A model generated the notes under the pieces. It ran no database searches, was not told the origin of the DNA, and saw only the letters and a list, made by a program, of their open reading frames with translations. DNA of 59,368 nucleotides from Octopus sinensis. Lineage: Eukaryota. Shown here piece by piece: positions 25,743-38,529 of this stretch. The stretch is taken from assembly GCF_006345805.1 (NCBI RefSeq), contig NW_021835193.1:1-59368 (forward strand), read 5' to 3'. The translations under genes and the position numbers were made by a program. The stretch's first letter is position 1. Every line of letters starts with the position of its first letter.

Positions 25743-25958
25743 AGGAGGGCGTATGGCCGAGTCGTTAAGGTATTGGGCTAGTGATCGCAAGATCGTGGTT
25801 TCAGTTCCTAGATCGGTTGGTGCGTTGTGATCTTGAGCAAAACATTTCATCTCATGCTGCTTTGCGATCACTTTGACACCTGACGCATGGCACACAGTGC
25901 ACTTGCTCAGACAAATTCGATTTGATGGACAGAGTGAGCTAATGTGTGGCACGAACAT
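25743..25958 (+). mobile_element. tRNA-headed CORE-like SINE, family D
   Basis: TGGCCGAGTCGTTAAG (A-box-like), GGTTTCAGTTCC (B-box-like), GTGATCTTGAGCAAAACATTTCATCTC (CORE-like). Confidence 0.65.
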
Positions 25959-26425
25959 TGATAAATTAAGTACCAGTTACGCACTGGGGTCGATGTAATC
26001 GACTTAATCCGTTTGTCTGTCATTGTTTGTCCTCTCTCTGTTTAGTCTCTTGTGGGTAGTAAAGAAATAGGTATTTCGTCTGCAGTTACGTTCTGAGTTC
26101 AAATTCCCCCGAGGTCGACTTTGTATTTCATCCATTGGGGGTCGATTAAATAAGTACCATTTACGCACTGGGGTCGATATAATCGACTTAATCCGTTTGT
26201 CTGTCCTTATTTGTCCTCTCTGTGTTTAGCCCCTTGTGGATAGTAAAGAAATAGGTATTTCGTCTGCAGCTACGTTCTGAGTTCAACTTCTGCCGAGGTC
26301 GACCTTGCCATTCATTCTTTCGGGGTCGATAAATTAAGTACCAGTGAAGTACTGGTATCGATGTGTTCGACTTATCCCCCACTCCAAAAATTTCAGGCCT
26401 TGTGCCTATTGCAGAGAGAATTATT
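25959..26425 (+). mobile_element. SINE-A multimer: partial unit (tail 1), unit (tail 1), unit (tail 2)
   Basis: The junction AAAGAAATAGGT|ATTTCGTCTGCAG occurs twice. Confidence 0.9.
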
Positions 26426-26547
26426 TATTATAGGCTCATAACACAGTTACCGCTTTCAAATCTCATATCGATAAGATAGATTAAATTTTACTAACGGTGT
26501 TCGCACCAAAGTAAAAAAAAAAAAAATTACCGTGATTCAAAAGAGGT

Positions 26548-26549
<2 letters not shown>

Positions 26550-26603
<54 letters not shown>

Positions 26604-26625
26604 CAACAACAACAACAACAACAAC
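26550..26625 (+). repeat. (AAT)n(AAC)n microsatellite
   Basis: Direct reading. Confidence 0.95.
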
Positions 26626-27029
26626 TGTACTGAACAGCATAACAACAGTAACAACAAAACTGTGTTACAAAGAATAGATGAAATGCATTGTTTTTATATG
26701 CACCCCTTGAATAAGGGGAAAGCACCAGAAATGCTGTTAGGCTGATATTCGTAAGAAGCCAGTCTGAATAACAATAATTCAGTTTCTATACTTCAAGTGT
26801 AGATAGGTTTTCATAAGTAATTCGTAAAGTTGAATTATGATGAGTATATGTGTTTCTTATATTTTTCTTCTGTTATGTAACCGAGTGGGTTCTTTCTCTG
26901 AGTGTAAGATCTTAGAATGCATTTAATATTATGATAGTATACAACGTACAACGTGAATGATATTGGAAGCCAGGTCGTACAGTACCAGCATGGCGAGAAA
27001 AAGTGAGTGGAAAATGCAGACAAAAGCAT

Positions 27030-27060
<31 letters not shown>

Positions 27061-27084
27061 ATTATACATATATATACACATATG

Positions 27085-27130
<46 letters not shown>

Positions 27131-27200
27131 CATAACACACACACACACAAAAGCATACACACACACACACATATATATATATATACATATATATACATAC

Positions 27201-27243
<43 letters not shown>

Positions 27244-27944
27244 CATATGTATATATATATATGTATATATATATATACATGTATGTATATATATATGTAT
27301 ATATAGTATATATATACATATATATACATACATATATATGTATATATATACATACATACATATATATATATACACATATACATACACACACATTCATATA
27401 TATATGTCACACACAAACACATATATATACTTATATCCAGATATAAATATAAATATATACATACATATATATACATATATATATATATACATATATATAT
27501 GTGTGTGTGTGTGTGTGTATGTGTGTGTGTATATATATATAAATACACACACACGCACGCACACACTCATACGCACACATATATACATACATACGTGTAT
27601 ACATATATATGTATGCATGTATGGATGTATATGATATATGTATATACATATCTATATATGCACGTTTATGTATTTATATACGTACGCACATGCACATTCA
27701 TACACACACATACCTATCAGTAAGCCGAAAAACAGACTGACGGACAGATAGATGGATGGATAGATAAATGTACCTAGTTGAAGACATGCACAAGACAAAC
27801 ACACAGATAAAAGCAAAAATGTATGCGCTTGGGTATGAATGTATGACAGTATATAGGCATGTGTTTGTATGCAAATGTTTTTAAATTGACAATAACGTTC
27901 TCAGCCAGTGCATATATTAGTTAATATCGCGTAAAGGAATGTCA

Positions 27945-28030
27945 GTGGAGGCGCACTGGCCCAGTGTTCAGGGCAGCGGACTCGCGGTCGGAGGATCGCG
28001 GTTTCGATTCCCAGACCGGGCGCTGTGGGT
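27945..28030 (+). mobile_element. SINE family C head
   Basis: GTGGAGGCGCACTGGCCCAGTGTTCAGGGCAGCGGACTCGCGGTCGGAGGATCGCGGTTTCGATTCCCAGACCGGGCG. Confidence 0.85.
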
Positions 28031-28419
28031 GGGGGGGCTCATATGCCACAGAAACCGGGAAACCGGGCCCATGAGCCTGGCTAGGCTTGATAAGGTCGAA
28101 AAGCAAAAAATCAAAAAAGGAATGTCAGCAATATACATCTCTTTCTCTCTCTCTCTCTCTCCTCCCTTATTCCCCTTCCTTTCTTTCCCTCTCCATCCGT
28201 CTTCCCCCCCCCTTCTACGTTTCTCTATCTCTCTCACCTCCAGCCCCCTCGATCTGTCTCTTTCTTCTCCTCCCTCGTCCACCTTCTCTCTCTTTTCATC
28301 TGTCCCTTTCTCCTGTCTTTTGTTCTCACGTGACCGCTAGCCGCTGTTGAGCGCTCTTTTCGTTTCAGCAGTCGCAGAAGCAACACGTATTTGTTCGTCT
28401 CCCTGCGGCCATTAGGCAC

Positions 28420-28831
28420 AACTTCACAAGCCAGCCCCATACTCAACTCATCCTGTCGAAAGACCCTTGTCCTACGTCCTGGTTTTGTTTTGTTGTTTAT
28501 TTTTTATTTTTACCGTTATTGTTTTTACGTTTTTGTATTCTTATTGGTGTCACGTATTCTGTATTTTTGTTCGTGTACTTCGTTCGTTTTCCGTCCTCGT
28601 GTGTATACATTCGAAGCTTTCTTCCAGGGGATCTAATGCGCTTGGCTTAGATTTCCCTTGGCGGGCTGGCCATATCGGAGCAATCTCAAGATTAATCAGC
28701 CGAAATTGCTAAGATGATCTGGTTCTTGACTGATGACTGAGGGCATCGAATGTCCCGTCCTGTGGTTCTTGTGTCGTCTCTGTGGTGTTTCATGTTCTTG
28801 TCCATGTCTGTAATTATTTTTACTGTTTACC

Positions 28832-28832
<1 letters not shown>
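28420..28832 (+). mobile_element. Non-autonomous repeat family P, ending at (TA)n
   Basis: Homologous to the reverse complements of 58845-59250 and 49478-49690 (GATTAATC..CCGAAATTGC..GATGATCTGGTTCTTGACTGA). Confidence 0.7.
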
Positions 28833-28885
<53 letters not shown>

Positions 28886-28971
28886 AAACGTGATGGCTTG
28901 TTCCAACTTAAAGTGACAGTCCCGGTAAAGAGAAGAATGCTACATACATACATACATACATACACACACAC

Positions 28972-29020
<49 letters not shown>

Positions 29021-29027
29021 ATTAATA

Positions 29028-29253
29028 AATGAAATTCCAGCTTAGTCTGGTTTTCACGTTTTATTATTTGCAATTTTTACGATTTTATAATATTGAAATA
29101 AACTAGTACTTTCATGCGTTAGGCAGTCATCAGGTATATGTAGCGACAGTCGTAACGCACGAAAGTACTATCTTATTTCAATATTGTAAAATTGTAAAAA
29201 TTGCAAAAATTGCAAATAAAACGTGAAAAATCAGACTCAGTCGGAATTTCATT
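29028..29253. mobile_element. ~225-bp foldback of two head-to-head copies of a hammerhead-bearing module
   Basis: 29028-29120 pairs with 29153-29253 with a few indels. Confidence 0.75.
29098..29139 (-). ncRNA. Type I hammerhead with canonical core
   Basis: ATATAC-CTGATGA-CTGC/ctaac/GCAT-GAA-AGTACT-A-GTTTAT. Palindromic helix III; stem I has 5 of 6 pairs; C.U mismatch at the base of stem II. Confidence 0.6.
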
Positions 29254-29754
29254 CTTTAATCTAATCTTCTATACACTCTGATATATATACATACATACGT
29301 ACATACACACACATACACACAGATATATTTATATATAGGTGCTCTCAAAGCCACGCACCTGATGACGTGCAATTACACAGCTATTGCTGGATCATATTAC
29401 TATGGTATGTATAATATGTAAAAAAACCACATCTTCCCTCTGATCACCTCCCTACCATTTACCAACAAAAGCTCCGTTTACAAAACTGCCACTTCACTTA
29501 CACACTCTGGCAAATTACTTTGACCAATGTCCATCATAATAACTAATATCTCCTTTGATTCGACCGTCCATTTGAATCAATTACTTCTCCTCTATAGAAG
29601 TATTGAAAATGACTAGACATGCGCAATGGCGTCACATTTTGAATGAGCTACGTACTTGACGAAAACTTTGACGTCACTATCAATAAAAATATCAGCAGTG
29701 GATAAGACTTTGCATAGAATACTATATTTTTGCATATTTGATTGTATTTATATG

Positions 29755-30386
29755 CAGAGGTTGAACAAAATGATGGAAACACTTAGCATCATAGCATCGT
29801 AATTTTGAAATATCTATAAAACTATCAAAAGCTTTTTTTATTTTTGTTTTTGATTTATCATTAATATTGCTTAATATGTTTTGCTAAAATTGCTGTTTCT
29901 TTTCAGGGAGTAAAAACCTACAGAATTGATCCCTGGAGCAGTGGAAGAATGCTATTTGCTCTGACGAGTCATCCTTTACCTTATTTCCGACCACAGACCG
30001 AGTATACGTGTGGAGACAGCCAAAAGTCGCATTTGATCCAGACTACCTTCTTCCAACTGTTAAACATGGAGGAGGATCTGTGATGATCTGGGGTGGGTGC
30101 TATATCTTGGAAATCCGCCGGCATAATGGTTTCCCTTCATGGCAGAATTAATAGTCAAGATTATTTAAGCATTTTATCTAATCAAATTCATCCTATAGTT
30201 GCGGAACTGTTTCCGAAGGGAAACGCAATCTTTCAGGATGATAGTGTACCAATTCACACAGCTAAAGTTGTTACTTAATGACACGAGGCACATTATACTG
30301 CAGTTGAAGTTTTTATCTGGCCACAACAGTCCAGTCCCCAGATCTCAATATTATTGAATATCTATGGTGCATCTTAGAAAAGCAGT
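29755..30386 (+). mobile_element. Tc1-family transposon relic: left TIR plus internally deleted transposase
   Basis: TIR-like CAGAGGTTGAACAAAATGATGGAAACAC; translation CSDESSF...TVKHGGGSVMIWG...IFQDDSVPIH...SPDLNIIE (DD34E type). Confidence 0.9.
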
Positions 30387-31124
30387 CCGACAACTTTTGG
30401 TATTTTGTCCTGTACTTATTTCTTGTGTGTTTGCATATTTTTCACTCGTTGGTGATCTCCTGTAAACAATGTGTATTTTCCGTTTTATTTATGTATAATC
30501 GAACTCCACGCAGTCCTGACCATACTAAGTTCTTACTTTTATATATAATTTCTGCGACTACACACTATTTTCTTTCTTTCTCTCTATCCCAGTATAACCT
30601 TCTTAGCTTCCCCTGTCTGTCTTTATTCCACTCCCCACTATCTGTCATTCTTTCTCCCTTCCCTTCACTTCTTTGTTTCTTTCCCTCATCCTTTCTCTTG
30701 TTTCCCTTCCTCTATACTTCTGTTACACGTAACTAAAGGCTATTTCTATTGCCCCTTTCTTTTCTGGACTAGACGTTTACCGGTATCGATGTCATTTTTC
30801 TTGACTCACGACATGATTGTTCTTCTACATTTTTCTTCTACTATTTTCTTCTCTTCTAATTATTCCGTTCTACTATTTTCTTCTCTTCTATTATTCTATT
30901 TTCTTGAAAAAAATTCTCTCAGGCGTTACCCACTACAATACGCCTTGATCTAACGGTCCTTGATGTTTGTCTTCGTCGCTTGTTTATTCTGTACGTTCAC
31001 TCTTTCGTTTGTTCATTCGAAACTCTAACCCTCCATGAACTTTATATTTAAAAAAAAAATTTCTGGATGATGCTGACTTATGAACTTCTCTATATTGTCG
31101 TTAAAAGCACGAAACAAGAGTAAT

Positions 31125-31381
<257 letters not shown>

Positions 31382-31507
31382 TATATAATATAATTTTACT
31401 GAGTGTAAACATAAATATCCATCGGTATTATATCTATACATATGCATATGCATACATACATAGATACATACATAATGCATACATGCATACATACATACAT
31501 ACATACA

Positions 31508-31539
<32 letters not shown>

Positions 31540-31555
31540 CATATATACATATATA

Positions 31556-31599
<44 letters not shown>

Positions 31600-31717
31600 G
31601 TTTATTTATATATATATATGCATAAGTATACTCATGTGTATGTGTGTATATATATGCATACATATATATAAAATATATACATGCATATACATACACACAC
31701 ACACGCACACACGAACG

Positions 31718-31789
<72 letters not shown>

Positions 31790-32073
31790 AGCAGCACCTT
31801 ATATCTAAAGACATTCAAGAAATTCATTATTCATGCTATTCATAGTGATAAATGACCAAATAAATAACCGAAAGAAAGAAGTAAACACTTTAATAGACAT
31901 ATCCATTGAGAGGGTGACACCTATAGAAATGTACCGGGTGGATAGGGAGTAAGGGAGATTGGCAGATTTGCATACGCATATACGCACCGATAATATATAA
32001 TTATATATATATTATATATATATATATATATATACATACATACACACACACATATATATATATGTATACATCA

Positions 32074-32109
<36 letters not shown>

Positions 32110-32616
32110 GTATTTGTATATATGTATGTATGTGTGTGTATATTCATGTATATGTGCGTGATTATATGCGTTTTTGCTTGTGCGTACAAACACACACACA
32201 CACATACACACACACATATATGTATGTACGTATACATTTACATGTATAGTTATGTGCATATATGCTTATATAAATATACGTATGTATATTTATGCTTATG
32301 CACACACACACACACACATACATTAGCATATGAGTTCATATAATAAAAGCGTTACATAAACGTGCATGTATGTATGATTGCATCTACGTATGTATTTAGA
32401 TAAACAGATATTTGACAGATAATAGCTCATCATTCACTATCTTCATAATGTAGTTTATTTAAGAAAACAACAACCGCAACACCAACAACAACGACAACAA
32501 CACAAGATTAAATCATTAAACAACAACGGAACCATATACATATACATACAAACATACATACATACATACGTAGACACATACAAACACACACACACACACA
32601 TGCACACACATATGTG

Positions 32617-33112
32617 TATGTATGTATAAAGAATAATAATCAACCATCACGAAAACCAAACCAAACATAAAGAATGATTGAAAATGAAAACGAACTTTAT
32701 AGACACCTCATATATAAAATAGTCATATATATTCATAAGAACTCTTCAGCTTGTAAGTATAATAATTACACAGTTTAGAGATGATGTTGTTCTTAACAAA
32801 AAGACCATGTTAGACACATGTACACACGTAAAGACGTTTCTGTTTTTGCTCATAGTAAATGTTGATATTGTCATTAATGCCCCAAAAAATAGATTGCACA
32901 TTTAGAAACAATTACGCTGCACTTACGGTGAAATGTTGAAATGGTGCACTATGTAATTTGTCTATGAATGGGTGTATGCAAATGTATGCAATCAACTGTA
33001 CACACACAGACACAGACAAACACAGACACACACACACGAGCGCGCATATATAATGTATGTTTACATATATCTATGTACATGTATATGTTTACATATAAGT
33101 ACATATATACGT

Positions 33113-33158
<46 letters not shown>

Positions 33159-33167
33159 ATATATTAT

Positions 33168-33209
<42 letters not shown>

Positions 33210-33725
33210 TCATATATATATATATATCTACGTATATATGTACTTATATGTAAACATATACATGTACATAGATATATGTAAACATACATTATATATGCGC
33301 GCTCGTGTGTGTGTGTCTGTGTTTGTCTGTGTCTGTGTGTGTACAGTTGATTGCATACATTTGCATACACCCATTCATAGACAAATTACATAGTGCACCA
33401 TTTCAACATTTCACCGTAAGTGCAGCGTAATTGTTTCTAAATGTGCAATCTATTTTTTGGGGCATTAATGACAATATCAACATTTACTATGAGCAAAAAC
33501 AGAAACGTCTTTACGTGTGTACATGTGTCTAACATGGTCTTTTTGTTAAGAACAACATCATCTCTAAACTGTGTAATTATTATACTTACAAGCTGAAGAG
33601 TTCTTATGAATATATATGACTATTTTATATATGAGGTGTCTATAAAGTTCGTTTTCATTTTCAATCATTCTTTATGTTTGGTTTGGTTTTCGTGATGGTT
33701 GATTATTATTCTTTATACATACATA
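32617..33725. repeat. 514-bp apparently perfect inverted repeat with an 81-bp TA-rich spacer
   Basis: Arms 32617-33130 and 33212-33725; coordinate sums are constant (66342) at both ends; the two mirror ORFs in the track share an identical N-terminus. Confidence 0.93.
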
Positions 33726-33838
33726 TATATATATATCATATATATATATATACATATTATATAATATAATACATATATGTGTGTGTATAAATTTATATAT
33801 GCGCATATATATATATATATATGTGTATGTATATATAT

Positions 33839-33871
<33 letters not shown>

Positions 33872-34779
33872 TATATATATGTGTGTGTGTGTATGTGTGT
33901 GTGTGTGTGTGTGTTTGTGTGTATGTATATATATGTTTGTATGTGTATATAATTTGTTTGAATATTTATTTATGAACACATGAATCGGTAAATATTTTAC
34001 TTTAAAATAAAAGATATATTTATAGTAAATGTATTGTTATGAATACATTAGGATAGTAAAATAAATAAATAAGTAAACAAAACTGAAATAAAATGGAAAA
34101 GTGATTTACGAACTAAACAGCAGAAATGAAAAGTAAAACTAAAAACAAAGAAAAAAGAAGAATACAGAAATTAGCAATAAATAAATAACTAAAATAGATA
34201 AGCAAAAACTAGAAAAAAAGCAAAACAAAAACAGATGATATGATCAATCAGAAAGTTAATATTTGCTTCCGATAAATAGCGTTGAACTCTTTAGATTCTC
34301 AGGAAATAAATATTTGTGTACATACAAGGTGTTCCTTTTTTGTATGTTTGTGTTTTTTTTCTGTGTTTATATAGTTTTTTTTTTCTTTGTCTCTATATAT
34401 TATTTCACTAATCCAATAAATCGCTTTGTACACAGCACCGTTATGTAGAGAGAATTACAGTTACTTAAAGATGTTCACACCATAGCACACACATCGCTAC
34501 AAAGTATAATGACTATATATATACGTATATGTATATGTGTGAACATTAACGCGTATCTGTTGATGTTAATTTTCCTGATCGTCATTAATCACTACTTTTT
34601 AGGTTGTGTGGTCGAGCAAATGTGTTACTGTAAAGTCGAACGAAATGTATCGAGTTCAAATCCACTGGAACCGTTTCCATTATATACTAATACTATACGC
34701 CTAACTTCAAGGAAATGGTACTAGATTGCCTACTAATGTTACATACATAGTTGAATATGCGGGACAAGACTTATTTCTC

Positions 34780-35005
34780 AGTGGTTCGATGCCACTCTGA
34801 TTTAATGTGATTCCATCTGGTTCACAGTGGTTCAATGTAGTTCAGTATTCTTCAAAGTGGTTCAAGGTCACAGTGCTTCAATGTCACAGTGGTTCAATGC
34901 GGATCAATGTTGTTCAATGTCGTCCACAGTGTTTCAATGCCGCAGTGGTTCAATGTGATTAATGTGGTTAAATGTGGTTCAATGCTTCAGTAGTTCAATG
35001 TCGGT
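34780..35005 (+). repeat. Degenerate short-period repeat with a CAGTGGTTCAATG core
   Basis: Many variant occurrences of GTGGTTCAAT/GTTCAATG. Confidence 0.75.
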
Positions 35006-35139
35006 GTTAAAAATGATATTTCTGAAGTTTTGCAGACATCCTTCTATAAAACCAGACCGGTACCAAGAATGCTTTACTTCCAAGCTAATTGATCAATCTA
35101 AGGACAGTTAATTGGGGTTACTCAATCATTAATGGCTTC

Positions 35140-35347
35140 AAATTTTTGTTGCCACGAGGCCCGCAAATTTAGGGTTAGGAGAATAGTCGGTTATATCAAA
35201 CCCAGTGTTCGAATAGTGCTTATTTTATCGAGCCTGAAGGATAAAAGGCAACAGTGGAATGTGAACTCACAACGTTTTAAATGACCGGACGAAATACCGC
35301 TAAGCATTTTGTCCGACACGATAACGTTTCGGTCAGCTCGCCACCTT
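35140..35347 (-). mobile_element. SINE-A copy (tail 2), diverged
   Basis: Reverse complement of the head GGTGGCGAGCTGACCGAAACGTTATCGTG...AAAATGCTTAGCGGTATTTCGTCC. Confidence 0.8.
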
Positions 35348-36112
35348 CAGTGATTAATGAAATCGGATTACAAAGAATAAACAGTTGATAATTTATTTTT
35401 CTGTCTACGAACATACTGTGCATATAGGCAAGTGGCTTAGATCTGTTGATGCGTAGAATGTCGACTCTACATCTATACATAACATAATCACACAAACACA
35501 CGCTACACACACACGCACATACCTCTCTCTCTCTCCCACACACACACACGCACACACTTTGTATATTATATTCAGAAAATGAAAATCAAAGTGTCTCTTA
35601 TATAGAAGTGGCATATATATATATATATAATGTATATGTCCTTCTATAGAAGAATATATACATGTAAATAAGAAATTGAGAAACAAATACGGACGTAGAT
35701 TATAAGTATTACTATTCCTCGCATCCTTCGCAATGAGATTTTGATATAAGACTTAAATTCCATGTGCTTCTATGATATATAATCATCAGGTGTTTTCATC
35801 AGCATGATAGAAATACTGAGGTCGTGTCTCATATGTATTACAGCAAATATGGTACCAATTCAGCTCACGTGCTTACAAGGCAAGCATAAATACGTAGCCC
35901 TCCTTCTATGAGAATATAGAAATAGTGGGGGAACACACAACCACACACTCATATACATTTACGCGTCTATCTATCTATCTAGCTGTCTGTCTGTCTATCT
36001 GTGTAATTAAAATCTGCCAATCGTCCCCTCCAGACGAAGGCAGTGGGGATTACGCTTATGCTTCTCTGCATCCATCTACGAGTGCATATCCACGACTCTT
36101 TCAGCATTCTAT

Positions 36113-36168
36113 TTCCTAGTTAGGAACATATTAACTATTAATTCGAGGTTCCAGAAACAGCTGTCGAA
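36113..36168 (+). ncRNA. Degenerate hammerhead-like relic
   Basis: TTC-CTAGTTA-GGAAC...GTTCC-A-GAA-ACAGCTGT-C-GAA. The 3' half is canonical; the 5' core is corrupted. Confidence 0.35.
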
Positions 36169-36309
36169 TTAACAACTATTCATCCCACTTTAGTCTTCTG
36201 TAATTTTTATACACCACGCAACAGTAAATTTATTTGTCAATATATATATTATCTATGTACTATCACAGTTTATCTTCGGAATATATTTTGCCTTGTAGCT
36301 ATATACATA

Positions 36310-36351
<42 letters not shown>

Positions 36352-36411
36352 TATATGTGTTGTGTGTGTGTGTGTGGTGTGTGTGGTGTGTGTGTTTAAT
36401 GTATGCATATT

Positions 36412-36454
<43 letters not shown>

Positions 36455-37011
36455 GCCTAATCGTGTTTAGTTACATCACTGTCTCTATATACATATATAT
36501 AATTTTCAGCAAACAAAATCCGATATCATGAGAAAATACTTAAACGTATCCTGTGAAAGAACAATTTTAACTTCACCAACTTGATATTCACTCATGCTGA
36601 TTGAAAAAAAAAAAAGAAAAAGAAAAAGAAAAAAACACCAACCCTCTTTCAGTCAAGCTGTCCTTATTGCTACATGTTCGACAAACTGTCTAACATTTGC
36701 TAGACAGGTGGACGTGTTAAAATACATTATATTACTACATTTATAATTACATCACGTCTCTTTAACGCAACCATTTGTCAATTGGTACCTATCACTATTT
36801 CGTTCCGCAATATTATCAAGTTTCTCTTAAAGCGTTTGCTATATTGTTTCCAAAGGTGAGGCGCACGTCCCAGCGGTGAGGTGTGGCAATATATTGATGG
36901 AACGTGGGCTGCTTTAGAATGGGGTGGAAGTCACATGGGAATGTAACTTGTGCTATAAACTTTTAATTAAGTATTTTGACATATATTTGTGTGGGTATAT
37001 ATAAATTAATA

Positions 37012-37121
<110 letters not shown>

Positions 37122-37244
37122 ATATTATATATATATATATACATAAATATATACATACATAGAAACATGGATACATACATACATACATAGAGATAGATAA
37201 ATATAGAGATAGATGGATAGCTAAATAGATATAGATATACATCT

Positions 37245-37842
37245 TATTTCTTTATTGCCCACAAGGGGCTAAACATAGAGGGGACAAACAAGGACAGACA
37301 AAGGTATTAAGTCGATTACATCGATCCCAGTGCGTAACTGGTGCTTAGTTTATCGACCCCGAAAGGATGAAAGGCAAAGTCGATCCTAGCGGAATTTGAA
37401 CTCAGAACATAACAGCAAACGAAATACTTATTTCTCTACTACCCACAAGGGGCTAAACACAGAGGGGACAAACAAGGACAGACAAAGGTATTAAGTCGAT
37501 TACATCGATCCCAGTGCGTAACTGGTGCTTAGTTTATCGACCCCGAAAGGATGAAAGGCAAAGTCGATCCTAGCGGAATTTGAACTCAGAACATAACAGC
37601 AAACGAAATACTTATTTCTCTACTACCCACAAGGGGCTAAACACAGAGGGGACAAACAAGGACAGACAAAGGTATTAAGTCGATTACATCGACCCCAGTG
37701 CGTAACTGGTACTTAGTTTATCGACCACGAAAGGATGAAAGGCAAAGTCGACCTCGGCGGAATTTGAACTCAGAACGCAGCGGCAGACGAAATACCGCTA
37801 AGCATTTCGCCCGGCGTGTTAACGTTTCTGCCAGCTCACCGA
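37245..37842 (-). mobile_element. SINE-A trimer: one head plus three 184-bp tail-1 units
   Basis: Period 184 (37257/37441/37625); terminal unit has GGGCAATAAAGAAAT, internal units have GGGTAGTAGAGAAAT. Confidence 0.93.
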
Positions 37843-38142
37843 TATAATTATATATCTGTGTGCATCATTGCTTCTCACTCCCTTACTTTGTTGTTTTTGT
37901 CACCCTCTTACTGCTTGACAATAGCTCTTGGTTTGATTACGACCCCATAACTTAGCCGTTCGGCAAAAAGGACGTTTGAATAATTACCAGTTTGGGTACT
38001 GGAATCGATTTGTTCAACTAAAGCCCTGCTCCAGCCTAGCCGCTATCCAATGGCTGAAATAAGTAAAGAATAAACGATATACATAATACATACACATTTC
38101 CATCCATCCAACCATACATGCATTCATACATACATATCTACA

Positions 38143-38352
38143 TACTCTTTACTCTTTTACTCTTTTACTTGTTTCAGTCATTTTGACTGCAGCCATGCTG
38201 GAGCACCGCCTTTAGTCGAGCAAATCGACCCCGGGACTTATTCTTTGTAAGCCCAGTACTTATTCTATCGGTCTCTTTTGCCGAACCGCTAAGTGACGGG
38301 GACGTAAACACACCAGCATCGGTTGTCAAGCAATGCTAGGGGGACAAATACA
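38143..38352 (-). mobile_element. CORE-type SINE family B, 3' half
   Basis: TACTCTTT repeats followed by TACTTGTTTCAGTCATTTTGACTGCAGCCATGCTGGAGCACC. Confidence 0.88.
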
Positions 38353-38529
38353 CATCTATTTTGTATATTTTTCAGATTCTCCTGCATTATATCAACTTTG
38401 ACGAAATTGTGTAAACCGCAGCAGTCAAATGAGTCTATTTAACGAATGGATGTGTGTGCATGTGTGCTTGTGTGCGTGCGTGCGTGCATGTGCGTTGTTT
38501 GTGTTTTGTATATTAATTTACTACGTGTT

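Noticed and set aside
29961-29967. CTGACGA hammerhead core
   Set aside because: It is the coding sequence for Tc1 SDES; no stems or GAAA.
37245-37842. CRISPR-like regular arrays (also the 51-bp repeat at 19330-19900)
   Set aside because: Units are contiguous with no unique spacers; eukaryotic SINE or minisatellite context and no cas genes.
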